From contig OZ024742.1 of NCBI GenBank assembly GCA_964016885.1, positions 46,314,001-46,378,000 of the forward strand: 64,000 bases of DNA, given 5' to 3'. Below, piece after piece: positions 12,728 to 27,700 of the stretch (position 1 is the stretch's first letter; each line of letters starts with the position of its first letter). The position numbers were made by a program, and so were the translations under genes. Under the pieces are notes generated by a model. It ran no database searches. It was not told the DNA's origin and worked only from the letters and a program-made list of their open reading frames with translations. This DNA is from Eledone cirrhosa (lineage: Eukaryota).

Positions 12728-12938
12728 GGAACCAGTAAGACCCCGACAGCTGAGCTCAAGCCGTTTCGACGGCTACTTCTGGACGTTTCGACGGCTAATT
12801 CAGTCCAGAATTGGTCGTCGAAACGGCTTGAGCTCAGCTGTCGGGGTCTTACTGGTTCCTATTACCCACTCTACTACCTCAAGTATTGAGTACTTTGGTG
12901 CGTTATGGTCCACCTGGTTCCTTACCACATTTCCTTCG

Positions 12939-12940
<2 letters not shown>
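12726..12940 (+). mobile_element. Family H1 fold-back element
   Basis: Short inverted arm 12726-12785, long arm plus tail to 12940; (TA)n on both sides. Confidence 0.8.
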
Positions 12941-13002
<62 letters not shown>

Positions 13003-13010
<8 letters not shown>

Positions 13011-13355
13011 AGATCAAAAGATGGTTAAAAGAGTTCCAAGTATTTTATTATTCGCAATTTCAAAAACAAATATCATCATGGGATGATATTTGCGTTCTCA
13101 TCAGATAAAATAGGGAGACATGATATGAAGCTTAAAAATCACTTGCTAGCAGTGAAGTGTTAAATCAACATATGAAAAATAAAGTAAGATGGCTATATGA
13201 GATTGGGAAAAAAATACTTGGAACATAATAAAAATACTTGGAACTCATTTAACCATCTTTTGATCTTATATTATTTATACTCCAGTCATATAAACTATGG
13301 AGTGCTACTTATCCGATATTTGCATTGCTTTATTGTGCTACAATAAAACTCACCT

Positions 13356-13357
<2 letters not shown>
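13003..13357. mobile_element. Family H4 fold-back element
   Basis: 13003-13050 is inverted with respect to 13227-13274; tail continues to 13357; (TA)n flanks. Confidence 0.75.
13041..13112 (-). ncRNA. Type I hammerhead ribozyme
   Basis: UAUUUUAU-CUGAUGA-(stem II GCAAAUAUCAUC/GAUGAUAUUUGU)-GAAA-UU-gcg-A-AUA/AUAAAAUA; perfect 8-bp stem I. Confidence 0.85.
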
Positions 13358-13390
<33 letters not shown>

Positions 13391-13393
<3 letters not shown>

Positions 13394-13595
13394 TAAGTTA
13401 TTCCGGGTTGAATCGGAGGTAACCACAGTAAGTAAGGTACTCAATACATAGCAGAGTATAAAAGTTTTAATATAGATGAGATTCTACAGGACTAGAACTG
13501 TTTCATTCTTGAGAAATCATCAGGAATCCCTGATGATTTCTCAAGAAATTCCTGATGATTTCTCAAGAATGAAACCGTTCTAGTCCTGTAGAATC

Positions 13596-13601
<6 letters not shown>
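13391..13601. mobile_element. Family H5 fold-back element centred on hammerhead-like cores
   Basis: Arms 13474-13526 / 13548-13601; CTGATGA-T-TTC-tcaa-GAA-T-GAAAC; related fragment at about 11912-11966. Confidence 0.7.
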
Positions 13602-13650
<49 letters not shown>

Positions 13651-13737
13651 CTCTCTCTCTCTCTCTCTCTCTTTTTCCCTCTCTCTCTCTTTATATATAT
13701 ATATATATATACCCATACATACATATATACATATATA

Positions 13738-13865
13738 TGGTTCAAGATTACAAACGGCAATCACAGAGGTTCAGTTATACAGAGTCTTATTTTATGCTGG
13801 TCGATAAAAAGAAAAATAATGTCTTAACGTATCGGACGCTAGTCTTTCATCAGGAGAAGTAAAAT
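13738..13865 (-). mobile_element. Family H8 element, inverted copy of 11993-12118
   Basis: Reverse-complement match; CUGAUGA-AA-GAC-uagc-GUC-C-GAUAC. Confidence 0.6.
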
Positions 13866-13948
13866 TAGAAGAAAAAGGAGGCTGGAAATGGAAATTTAAA
13901 AAATTTGAAAAAAAAAAAAAAAAATGTAAAAAGGATAACACACACACA

Positions 13949-14021
<73 letters not shown>

Positions 14022-14416
14022 TAATATGTATATGTAATTTTGATTATATATAATTCCGAATGGCGACTAAAAATTTGCTTTTTAGATAGATTGCAAAGTG
14101 TTCCATAGGGGGATTTGTTCTTAGAATAAGTGGTTAAGTCGTTGTTGAAGAAATAATCAACCATGGAAAAGATAAAGAAATTAATAAAAAATAAAGACAT
14201 ATGTAACTAAATACATGCATACATAGATACATACATACATACAAACACACAAACACACATATATATATATACACATATACATATATATATATATATACAC
14301 ATACATACATACATACACACACATATATATATATACATACATATATATATATATACATATACATATACATACATATACATATACATGTACATATACATGC
14401 CTAGATGCATATTATA

Positions 14417-14921
<505 letters not shown>

Positions 14922-14998
14922 ATATATGTATGTATATATGTATGTATATATATATATACATACATATATACATACATATATATGTATGTATGTATATA

Positions 14999-15031
<33 letters not shown>

Positions 15032-15055
15032 GTATGTGTATATATATATATATAT

Positions 15056-15134
<79 letters not shown>

Positions 15135-15159
15135 CATATATATATATATATTCGCACAC

Positions 15160-15192
<33 letters not shown>

Positions 15193-15345
15193 CACATATA
15201 TATGTATATATACACATATATATATATATGTATATATATAAATATATATATAAATATATATATATGTAAGTATGTATGTATATATATAGGTATGTATATA
15301 TATATATACATACATGTATGTATGTATGTGTGTATATATATATAT

Positions 15346-15951
15346 GTCAGGTCACCAGTTGGTGCTACTGGTAACATGTATCCCAGTACAACCTGTCCCA
15401 TGGTCGGGTCGTTGGCGACTAAACTGGCAACCCCACCAAGGTTTCTTGGTGAGGAGGGTGACTTTGGACATCCTGCAGGACTAAAAACAAAACCTGTCAA
15501 AGGGCAAAGGAGCTCTTAAGAGTCAATGGCCATCCAAAATCACCGGGAGAGATGACCCCTTAGCCTTTGTCAAGGCAGAATTCTAGGAGAAGGAAAACTC
15601 TGATATAACACCTGCAACCCTGATGGTATCCAATGATGTTGACTTGTTCTTCTTTTTGGTAAATATCATCTTGGTTAAGAAAGTGCGACTGGCTTTGTGC
15701 AGTGCCTTTGCTCACTATAAAAGCTTCACGGCACAGGCATTGCTTTATATCTGGAGATCTCTCTGCACTTGTCGTCACATGGTACCATGGGCCCAGCACT
15801 ATGTGTCAGTAATTGTCACAAGTGTAGTGTTTGTACCAGAGTTTTCAAGTCGCTGGCTGGACTAAAAAGTCACACTCGTTCAGCGCATCGGTAGGGGTTC
15901 TCCTACATGGATATAAAGTAGTGGCCGTACTCGAAAACGAGTTGGCAGCCA

Positions 15952-15953
<2 letters not shown>
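15346..15953 (+). mobile_element. RTE-derived bipartite element family A, full length
   Basis: Near-identical to 3907-4514; (TA)n flanks. Confidence 0.88.
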
Positions 15954-16025
<72 letters not shown>

Positions 16026-16094
16026 TAACACACGCACGCACCCATGTATACAGACGCACACATACACACACGCACGCACACGCACGCACGCGCG

Positions 16095-16238
<144 letters not shown>

Positions 16239-16961
16239 AAAGAAGGTATACCGAGTTAAAATATAAACAAAACAAAAGAATACTTGCAAAAAGACGAAAA
16301 ATAGAAAGAGTATACAACGGAAAAGCTCTGAAAAGCGAATGATTCTTTTCAGTTGTAGAAAAATGTTAAACTTTCGGTTAAAAAAATTAAAAATAAATTA
16401 TAAGGGAGTAAACAAACAGTAAAACTAAATACAACCAGAATAAAACAGAGAATAAGAAAAAATAAAAGAATAGGAGTAAATTCAATATTACTGCAAAGGA
16501 AAGAAAAAGGAAAAGTAAGGGGAGAGAACCCTCTGCTAGAAGGATACGAGTGTAAAGAAGCGAAGGAGATATTAGTTAGTAAAATAGATTATCTGGAAAG
16601 ACAATTATAGATAAAAACCTGATTAGAAGACTGAAATAAATTGGGCAGGAATAAATGTTGTGCTTTGATTGTTTTTCTCTGCTGCACCAGTTGATATTGA
16701 TTACTTTAGACAAGGTAGTCTACTGGCAAATATATACACATACATAGATACATAGATACATAGATAGATAGATAGATATATACATACATACATACATAGG
16801 ATAGATAGATACATACATCTATACATACATAGGTACATAAATACATAGATAGATACATACATATATACATACATACTTACATATGTACATAAGTATGTAG
16901 GTACGTACATACTTATATGTACATAGAAACATATAGGTATATGTGTATATATATATGTGTA

Positions 16962-17007
<46 letters not shown>

Positions 17008-17059
17008 TTAGATATATATATATATGTATATATACATTTATATAACAATTACATATATA

Positions 17060-17138
<79 letters not shown>

Positions 17139-17361
17139 TCATACATTCATACATATACACCTATACACATACATACAACCATAATACACATACACATGCT
17201 TACACACACACACACACACACAAACACACACATATATAAATATATATACATAATATATACATGCCTATACATACAGATAAAAAAGACGCCTTTCTGACGC
17301 ATTTAAACACACCAGATTTTACATGCGTTCATATGTATATGTATATGTATATGAATATGTA

Positions 17362-17401
<40 letters not shown>

Positions 17402-17410
17402 CATCTATCT

Positions 17411-17787
17411 TTTTTTTCAAATACCACTTTGGAAGAAGAATCAGGATGGAGAGAGAGGTGCTGTACCCCAGCAAGTTTTATGAAAGGTGGGTGAAAGTGG
17501 CGAGAATGGCCCGAGTGAATAGGCCTTCTCTCTATATCAGCCTGTAGGTTGAGGAAAAAGAGGAGGAGAGGAAAGGAGTACAAACTCTTCGTACTCCTGG
17601 AGATGAGGGTTGCACATTTTTTCGGGGGTATGTGTTACCCATATGAACTGTCTCCCCCTATTGGGGAAAATCGACTAATTTTTTAAATTGCATTTGTGAT
17701 AACATTTTACACGTTTTTATTGTATGTAAACTTCCCCCTTTGTATTTGTCCCCTTCTTTTGTGCCCCTGTGGCTAATAAAGAATCAT
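17411..17787 (+). mobile_element. Tx1-like 3' fragment between (TATC)n tracts
   Basis: FFKYHFGRRIRMEREVL...ARVNRPSLYISL* matches the 23100-23237 C-terminus; AATAAA then (TATC)n. Confidence 0.85.
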
Positions 17788-18012
17788 ATCTATCTATCTA
17801 TCTATCTATCTTGATAGAGTAAGACACGCTTCACATCGGCTCCGCTATTCCATCGGAATTTACCCTTACTATAGTAAGTACCAGAGAATTTTTTCAGTGC
17901 AACACATTTGAAACACCTACCCCTGTTATTTAGGGAAACATTTTTACATTTACCCCCTTTTTAGGGGGTAAAATAAATATCTATTTTGCTGTAAAATCTC
18001 TTTCTCGGCAGC

Positions 18013-19860
18013 ATGGCGGAAAAGATGGCAGACATGTCTGCCATGAGCTCTGCCACGCCCCCAAGTCTGAAGAACAAAAAGAAATAGATACAACAAAACT
18101 AGACAACGAAACAAACAAGGAAAATGAAAAAACAAATGTTACGGAAAATGAGCAAACGGAAAACAAACAAACAGAAAATAAGAACACAAATAACAAGGCA
18201 ACTTTCGCCCAGAAAACAAAACAGTCCATAAAATATACACCAATAGACTTAACTGCCGCCAGAGAAAAACTGGCCGAAGCAAAAAAACACATAGTCTTGG
18301 GGGAGAACGGAATGTTTTCCATTAACCCCCCCCCCCCAGAATTCAAGAAAGCGAGAACAGAGAGCACAGTTCTCTTCAGAACAATATTAAACCAAACGAG
18401 AAAGCCAGCACAGCCCAGCCAAATGGAGATAGAGTTGGTCCTAAAAGACTATATGAAGAATATTCTCTTCATACGAAAGGACCGACTCTATGGCAGCATT
18501 TCGGTCTTAACAAAAGACAAGGAAACGGCGCAGAAGCTTTCCCTAAGCCCACTCTCATCAACAACATACAGCTTCTATCCCTCCTACATGGGTAGAAGAA
18601 CACAGAGAGTCAAAGTACAAACAATGCTGCCCACAATGGACTTCTGGTGGGCTATTGCTGGCTTCATAGACATGGGAGAGGACACAGTGCTGTCAATGGG
18701 GAAGGCATCTGGAGATGCGTTCCTGGGAATGGGCCTCGACCTACTAGTCCAAATGAGGCCCGAAAGAGTGGCACAAATCCCGCATCGCATCTGGCTGGAT
18801 GACCTCACCCCAATAGATATAATTGTAGAGGGGAGAAGACCAGCATGCTATTTATGCACGGAAAGGGGACACGTTAAGGCTAACTGCCCGAAACGTATCC
18901 CCCAAAAAGGACTATTGCCCGCACTCACCACAAACAGTACACCAACACCACCCACCTCCAAAAATACACTAATACCACACACAGCAAACAAAATACAGAC
19001 ACCACCAACCACAAGCACAACACAAACATCACCACCACCAGCACCAAACACAAGCACGACACAAAAATCACCACCACCATCACCAACCACAACACAAACA
19101 TCACTACCACCATCACCAACCACAAGCACGACACAAACATCACCACCATCACCACAAAACGCATTCCAAACAAATAATAAAAAAAACCGCAACAAATCTA
19201 CCCCTCCCGCAAAAAAAAAAAAACCAACCAGACACCACGTCCCTCCCACCTAGCGCTGAAGAGTTTCCCCCAACTTCTGAAGAAGAAGGAGGAGAAGCCT
19301 TCAGACAAGTTAAAAGAAAAAAAAGAAAGCACACACCCAGCACACCACAAATAACCCACACACAAACACCAACTCCAATCAAAAACACCCCACCCTCAAC
19401 AAACAAAATTAAATCTGCGCCTCCCCTCTCCGAAACATTGACAGCATCACAAAAAAAGACGTTGCAATACACATATATAAATAAAGAAAACAAAAAACTG
19501 TTTAAATTAATAAACAATAGCCCTTTGGTGCAGACCGAAGGGCCAAACTTTATCTCAACAGAGAACTTCACCCATTTAAAAATGATAAAGGTCCCTCTGG
19601 ACCTTTATCGTTCCTTAAAAGAACAATTTAGACAGGACGTGAGCCCCCCCTGTTTAAAACCGTTAAATCGCGTCCTCTTGAAATATTTCCCCATAACCTC
19701 CCCTCTCCCTGACACAACTCCAAATACCCCAACCCAACCACACTCGGGTACCCCACACCACCACAAAACATCCCTCCACCCAACACACCTGACGCCATGG
19801 AAATTACACAACCCGGAGAGGTAGGTGCTTTTCTTTCTTCACTTTCAACACCAAAATAGA
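18013..19860 (+). pseudogene. Tx1-like ORF1 (gag-like, CX2CX4HX4C knuckle, P/T/S-rich tail), disrupted
   Basis: ORF 18297-19253 CYLCTERGHVKANC; stops and frameshifts relative to ATG 18013 and ORF 19438-19824. Confidence 0.7.
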
Positions 19861-19864
19861 TCAA

Positions 19865-22800
19865 TTGAGAGTTGGCTGTTTGAACGCGCGTGGCCTGGTC
19901 TCAGCTTGGAAGCAAGCAAAGCTTCTAAGTGACCTCAGGTCACGAAGTATAGATGTGATGGTTGTTTGCGAGAGTCGGATCACCAGCGTACGACAGCTGG
20001 CTCCCGCCTTCGATGACTTTGAGATGCACGCATCTCTCTGTCAACCCGGAGGCGGGGGGGGGGGAGTTGCCGTACTGCTGGATAAACGTCTGGCTCTCGA
20101 CGTACAGATTGTTCACTCGGACCCGGGGGGTCGATTACTGGTGCTGGACGTCGGAGGCGGTGAAGGCGGGGCTTTCAGACTGGTCGGTCTTTATGCCCCC
20201 TTCGGGGCTGAAAGAGCCGACTTCTTCCAGCGTCTGGAGACTTTTCTAGGAACGTCGCGTTCCCTGCTTTTAGTGGGGGACTGGAATGGAATCCTAGATG
20301 CGCGTTGGGACTATGCAGGGGCATGTCCCGATAGAGGGGGTGTAGCAGCCTCAAGGGGTTACTCGATCGATTCGACCTGGTCGATAGATTTCGACTAGAT
20401 TGTCCAACTGCGCCAACCTGGACCTGGGCAAACCGCAGTGGTCAATCTAGATCGTAACTAGATAGGTTTTTGGTTTTTGGTTTAGTTGTCCAGAATTGAT
20501 CATGGTTGGCTATTCAGATCACAAATTAGTGACCTGCGTGGTCAACCTTGATAGAACGCAGAGACAGGGTCCCGGTTACTGGAAGATGAACTTGTCCTTG
20601 CCGGCAAAGAAATATTACAGGAACCGGATTAGTAGCTTAGTTAAGATGCGGTTGACGGGAGCGATCGTCAACAGCAGGTGGTGGGTATCTCTAAAGAGAG
20701 AGATTAGAGTAAGTTCGATAGGTTACAGTAAGGAACTAGCGGCGAATAGAAATAGGAAGGAAAGGGAGTTAACAGATAAACTAGAAGAGGCGATTAGGAG
20801 CGGAGACGTGGCCAGAGTATTAGCGGCGAGAACGGCGTTGAGCCAGTTCTTTGACGCGAAGCACGAAGGCTGCGTTGTCCGAAGTAAAATACGTGCTTTA
20901 GGAAACGAGGGGACCAAAGCTGTTAACTGGGCCCGCGTGACAGAAGCCAAGAGTGGGATTAAATCCACCATTCGGTCTTTGCGAGACCAGGATGGACGGG
21001 TGATCCTTGAACCTGAGCGGAGGGGGCGGGGGGCCGGACGGGGATGTGGACTTCGGTCCATACCTCGACGGTCTACCGCGTCTTTCGAGCGGCGAAGCGG
21101 AGGGCTGCGAAAGGCCAATCACAGCCACTGAAATCGGGGAAGCGCTCAGCCAATGCAGCAGACGCAAATCTCCGGGTCTCGATGGTCTACCATACGAACT
21201 TTATTTAGCTATGCCGGTCTTGTTCTCCGAACTCCTCGAGGCTGTCTATTGCAACCGGCAACAGAACGGGAGAATTCCCTGTTCTGTGACCAGGGGCGTG
21301 GTCACGCTAGTGAGGAAGGACGAGAGCAAGGGGGACGACTTAAGTAACTTTAGGCCCATAACTCTGCTGAATGCAGAGTTACAGATTTTGGCCAAGGTGT
21401 TGGCGAAGAGGTTGGCGCTTGTGGTAGGTGGTTTGGTGGGAGACGCGCAGACATGCGCTATCCCGTCCAGGTCCATTCACGAAAACCTCCACCTCATGCG
21501 ATACATCATAGAGAGGGTTGGCAACGAACCCGGCTTTGGTGGGGCCCTGATCAACTTGGATCAATCTAAGGCGTTCAATAGGGTCGACCATGGTTACCTA
21601 GATGCGGTGCTAGCGGCGGCGGGCTTCGGACCCGTTTTCAGGGGCTGGATTTCTGCCATGCACAGTGGCAACATCTACTCTAGGATTAAGGTAAACGGCT
21701 ACCTCTCGGAGCCGTTTCAAATCATCCGGTCCATCAGACAGGGGTACCCCCTCTCCTCCCTTCTGTACGTATTGACTCTCGAGCCACTGCTGCGGAAGTT
21801 GGAGTTGCTGCGGGGCATACCCCTGGAACCGGGATTGCACAAAGCGGTCTCGGCCTATGCCGACGACGTAACAGTAATGGTGGCGGACGCCTCGGAAATC
21901 GGGGCGATCGCCACCCTACTGGAGGAATACGAAAGGCTGACGGGGGCTAGGCTGAACAGGGACAAGTCAGTCGGTTTGCAACTCGGAACGTGGAGGGGCA
22001 AACCGATGCCGTTAGACGGTGTCGTCGGGCGGTTTACGGAGGGCCCGGTGAAGCTGCTCGGGGTCTGGTTCAGACCGGACCTCCAGGTGGAGAAGAATTG
22101 GGGCGAGGTGACGAGCAGGGTGTTTGCGCTGACCCAGAAGTGGGCCAAGTGCAAACTATCACTGAAAGGTCGGGCGGAGGTGACGAACGCTTACATAGCG
22201 TCCGTCATCTACTACCGCCTGACTGTCGTGCCTTGCCCCAAGGAAAAGATCACCATCATGGAACGCATGCTCTTCCAGTTCCTCTGGAAGAAGCGGCCAC
22301 CCATGGTGAGGAGATGCATCTGCTGCCAGCACCCTTCGAAAGGAGGGCTGGGTATGCCGTGGCTGTTGATGCGTAGGCACGCATTGAGGCTACGGCATCT
22401 ACAGGTATTCCTCACCGGTCAGCCGGTGTGGGCCCCGTTTGTTAGGCGAGCTTCCCACAGCTCGTCTCGCTCACCGAGCTGCAATCCTGAGTGAAGCAAA
22501 GACCGAGAAAACTGGGCAACTGGCACACCGAGTGTGCTCAGGCGCTCACGGCTCTCTAGCAAGCGGACCCGACTGTCAGTGGAGAATCCACCTCGACATT
22601 CTATAGAGGGCTGGTGGCTAGCAGGGGCGACGACACCCTTGGACAGTCGCTAGGCATGGAGGAGGACGAACTGGCCAGCCTGTTCGGTAGAACTTTCGGC
22701 CCGGGACCCATGGACAACTTCCAGAGGTCCCTAGCCTGGCAGTGTTACCGGGGGGCTCTGCCCGTTCGAGAAAAGCTCTACAGACACGGGCGCCCGGGCA

Positions 22801-23237
22801 GGGATCCCGCGAAAAAGATCTGTCCCAGATGCGTGCGCGACGAGGAAACCGTTGCGCATGTACTGGTACACTGCCCGGGCGTTGCCGATCTGTGGGGCTA
22901 CGTCGAACGACTGCTGTCGCGTGTGGCGCCGATTCGATTGACCGCCGAGTCTGTGGTGAACATCAAGCCGCCTCCTCCCTTCAGAAATGAAGCAGAGGCG
23001 GTCTTTCTGTGCGTAATATCCATGATGAAAGAGGTTGTGTGGTGGACGCGCCTGAAAGGTCTGAGGTCGGGTGACTTTCTCTCCGGCCATCACCTGGTTT
23101 ACTTCTTCCGATACCACTTCGGAAGAAGGATCAGGATGGAGAGAGAAGTGCTTGGCCCCAGACAGTTTTATGAAAGGTGGGTGAAAGAAGCGAGAATGGC
23201 TCGTGTAAATGGGCCTTCTCTCTACATTGTTCTGTAG
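19865..23237 (+). pseudogene. Tx1-like ORF2: AP endonuclease, reverse transcriptase, Cys-rich domain; frameshifted
   Basis: LNARGL, GDWN, SDH; KSPGLDG, FRPITLLN, IRQGYPLS, YADD; CPRC...ETVAHVLVHC spread over four ORFs. Confidence 0.9.
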
Positions 23238-23469
23238 GTGAAGAAGTGAAGAGGAAAGGGGGAGCGCCTCCTCACTGGGCTTCCCCCGCGAAAAGAGTTG
23301 CACACTTTTCGGGGTATGTGCAATCCCCAACACGCCCCCTCCCTTTTGAGGACTTTTTATTATTATGTTATTCTCATTGTTATACTTTTTCTTTACTCGT
23401 ATTTATGTAACCCCCCCCCCCCTGTGTATTTGTCCCTTTCTCTTGTGCCCTAGTGGCAAATAAATAGAA

Positions 23470-23517
<48 letters not shown>

Positions 23518-23662
23518 CTCTATCTCTCTATGTATTAACCCAAAACATACACACAGACGTATATGCAGACTACCCCCTCACATATACACAAACGCAGGTA
23601 TACATGCGTATTTTTATATACACCATTATGCATATATTTTTGTATATATATGTATATATGTA

Positions 23663-23708
<46 letters not shown>

Positions 23709-23760
23709 TATATATATGTATATATATGCATATATATATATATACAGACCCCCCCCACAC

Positions 23761-23791
<31 letters not shown>

Positions 23792-25789
23792 TATATATAT
23801 GTGCATATTGGGATATTTTGTGAAAATAGTTATGTATGCACACTTCATACATAAATGCATAATATCTATAAAATATGCATATACAAACATAAGAATACAC
23901 TGAAACACACACACTTATACGGAGATACACAGACACAAACATACAAACACGCAGACACACAGACACACAGGCACACAAACACACAAACACAAACACACAG
24001 ACACACATACTTAAATTGAAAATGCACAAAAGTGATCTATTTTGCAGTATTAGTGTGTTTAAGTTGTATCTATATATTAAGTATTAAAGGAAACACACGC
24101 AGACACATTACGTAGTCATTGTAAGACACACGCAAATACATTCACACACTCATACAGACACCATACAAATACACACTATACACACTCTCTCACACATACA
24201 CACATATATCCATATATTCATAGTAAACAGACAAAGCATTAACTCCTCCACATACATATACAGATATGCACAAACACTCCCCCACCCACACACATTCACC
24301 CACCCACTCTCACATACGATTCACCCTCCCCCACATACAGATACGAACAAACACCCACACTAACTTATTCAATGCGATGTTAACAATCTATGGAAACCAG
24401 ACACAAACAACCATGTCGAAATATTCTTAAAGGAAACATCATCCATAAAGTATTAGTAATGAAGAATAAGGAATCTGAATCTAATATAGACCTGATATTC
24501 AATATTTTTAGCGAAGGAAGGAAAATGTAAAATTAAACAGGTTTATATAATTTCTACATGTATGAGAAACAACGTTAAAATGAGTCAAGTGAGCCTCTGT
24601 GTGGACTCTTTTTATGCTAGAAATAGTAACCTAATCTTTCTGAAGTTGCACTTATCTTCTTGAAATGGATACCCGAAATTAATAGTAGAAGCACCGCTTA
24701 ACATATAATGCGATGGTCATGGTTGGGTTGTCTTTGATCAAAGGTCTTCTTGATTAGGGATGACCTGGAGCTAAACAACAACAACAATTATAATAACAAT
24801 AGAAGCAGCTCCTATAACAACTTAGCCACAAAACTCCCTTCCATAAAAGTGACATTCCTTTTTTGTTTTTACTATAATTCTGTTCCATTTAAAGCAAAAC
24901 GTGAAAAATTCAAGTGTTTGAAAATAATAAAAGGTTTTAGAATTTCATAGTCTGAAAGAATAAATTTAGTATAATACCACCTTCCGTTTAATATGATACC
25001 AGCTGCCATTTAGTATAACACCATCTGCCATTACTTTCTCTACACTTAACCTTTTTCACGCACTACTTCTTTAGTAAACACAACCAAACACCGGATTAAA
25101 TACATATATCCTGGTGGGTGTTGAAAAAATATTTTGCTTTGATGATTCTCAGCCAAGGGTACGTATTAAAAACACATTAACAAAATCTTGATAAAACACA
25201 TTAACAAAACCCTTTGAGATTTGTTAATGTGGAAATAAACAGGAACCTGAAACTTTGCTTTCCGATCTCTTTTCACATATCGAATATACCTAACTAAACG
25301 GGTCATTCCATCTGAAGATTTAAATGGAGTCTCTAAAAAATTAAATAAATTTAACATGAATATATTTTGGAATAGCCAGAATAACTCCTTTTAACAAAAT
25401 AAAATATTCGCTCATATACCCTAATAAACGTTTGTGGAGTCAACGGAGAAAGATGCTGCCTTATCGCTCTACCCTATCTGTATAAGTAATTAATACCCTC
25501 AATTGCCTTAATTTGAACACAAACAAATCTACATCAATCCAATGTTATCACCCAACTTAATTTAATGCAATAACAACCGATGCCTCGTAGGGTTAGCACG
25601 AATACCGAATTGAAGATAGCGAGTTTGGCTTTTACGCCTACCTCCCTTCTTCTGATTACCGATGCTGAAGCTGGCGCATTGCGACATTGAATGTTATATT
25701 GTTATCGTTATTTTTAACATTTAAACAACTTTATTATCCTTATTCTTAACGTTTAATGTCCAATTTGCATTGTTGTAGCCCTCTCATCA

Positions 25790-26115
25790 TCATCACCATG
25801 ATCATTTAACCTTTTTCAAGGTCATTGGGACCCTACAGTGTTGAACACTACACCACCTGCCTCCATCTCTGGCGGTCATGGGTGAGAGCTTGGGTTGTGG
25901 CATAGTTCTTTCCCGTCTACTCAGCTCTGTTGTCTGTCCACCGCTTCCTCTGTCTGCCTCGCCTTCTCTTTCCCCACACTGTGCCTTGGAGAATTGTCTT
26001 AGAGAGTCCGTCTGATTTTGTTACATGTCCACACCACCTCAAATTTCTCCTCTTCACCGTGGTCAACAAATCTTTAAAGTGGTTCACGTTTTGGGCTATT
26101 TTTTTGCGGATCTCC
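25790..26115 (-). mobile_element. RTE-like LINE 3' fragment
   Basis: Minus strand reads LRWCGHVT...TILQGTVWGKRRRGRQRKRWTD; ATG-repeat tail at 25785-25805. Confidence 0.75.
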
Positions 26116-26809
26116 TAGTACCCCTCTAAAAATACACTATTTGTATTATTTATAATTTGTCGGTATTTTAGAGTACTTAATTCGAGATGCTGAGATAATC
26201 TGACTCTAGATAATCTGGAATAGTGACCAGGCCTCCGATTTACAGGAGGACAGAAAACTTGGAAATTTTGATTGATGTTCCTCCTTTTCTTTAAACCATG
26301 TTAGCTGCGGAAATAAAGGGACTTTTATTGAGAATCAAAATCATTTCATAGACTTGGTTGGATCTTACTATTCTGTGTGTTAATATTTCTTTCTTTTAAT
26401 TCGTCAAACGGGTGACCAATTAGTAGAGTCATTAGAATATCCAATAAAATGCTTTGCAGTATTTGTTCCTCTATATCTCTTTCTGACTTTCTCTTTATCA
26501 CCCACTCTCTCCTTCTCTGGAAGAAATCGAGCTGTGTTCAGATCTGGAGAGAGATGGGTACTACTAGGTTTAAAATGCTCAAAACACGTCATATGTTCCT
26601 ACAGCACCCCTACGACACCAATAGATGTTAAGGATCCATACATACAATTAGACAAAATGCCCTATCTTTAAAGGATAGATAAAATTGTGATGTGCATATC
26701 TTTCACAAAGGGCTTTAAAGATTGTTTTAGCAAGCGATCAAAACCCCATCAGAGATAAGTATCATTCAGGAACCTGCCTCTTGTTCTACGGTATTTGATA
26801 AACGTCCTT

Positions 26810-27700
26810 ATAATAATGGTTTCTCATTTAGGCACAAGGCCAACTATTTGGGGGAAAAGGAAAGTCGATTAAATCGACCCCAATGCGTTATTGGTACTTT
26901 ATTTTATCGACCCGATAAGGATGAAAGGCAAAGTTAACCTCAGCGAGATTTGAACTCAGATCATAAAGGGCCGGCCGTAACTCAATGCTGCAAAGCATAG
27001 CGTCCGACCCTCTACCGATATTGCCAATCCACCGCCCTTATAATAATGGTTTCTGATTTAGGCACAAGACCAACAATTTTTTTGGAGGAGAAAGTCGATT
27101 AAATCGACCCCAGTGTATTACAGGTACTTTATTTTATCGACCCCGTAAGGATGAAAGGCAAAACTAACCTCGACGGGATTTGGAGTCAGAACGGAAAGGG
27201 CCATAACTCTATGCCGCTAAGTATGTTTTCTGAAGCTCTACCGATTCTGCCAATCCACCACCTCCAACTGCCCTTATAATATTGATTTCTAATTTAGATA
27301 AAAGATCAGGAATTTAGGGTGAAGGGAAAGTCCATTACATAGATCCTGTACTTGATTGGTTCATTTTTTATCGTCTCCAAAAAGATGAAAGGCAAAGCTA
27401 ACCTTGACAAAACTTGAACTCCGTACATAAAGAGCCGGAACAAATACTGCTACCATATTTAATCGGACGCTCTAACGATTCTGCCAATTTACCGGCGTCC
27501 GACGTCCTTATAATAATGTTTCTACTTTTGGCACAAGGCCAGCAATTACCCCAGTGCATTACTGGTGCTTTATTTTATCGACCCCGTAAGGATGAAAGGC
27601 AAAGTTAACCTCGGCGGATTTGAAATCAGAATGTAAATAGCCATAACTCTATACCGCAAAGTATGGTGCCTGACGCTCTACCGATTCTGCCAAACCACCA
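26810..27700 (-). mobile_element. Head-to-tail array of four tRNA-type SINEs (Meta-domain-like / octopus OR-like)
   Basis: Units at about 26810, 27040, 27277 and 27510; reverse complement has B-box GAGTTCAAATC and GCCTTTCATCC...GGGTCGATAAAAT...GTACCA. Confidence 0.8.

Larger units (their letters stand above)
17811..23470 (+). mobile_element. Near full-length Tx1-like non-LTR retrotransposon in (TATC)n
   Basis: Two-ORF layout (CCHC ORF1; APE-RT-Cys ORF2); (TATC)n at 17788-17810 and 23471-23520. Confidence 0.88.

Noticed and set aside
26810-27700. Possible CRISPR-like or tRNA array
   Set aside because: Units are diverged SINE bodies with no repeat-spacer pattern, no cloverleaf and no cas genes; the context is eukaryotic
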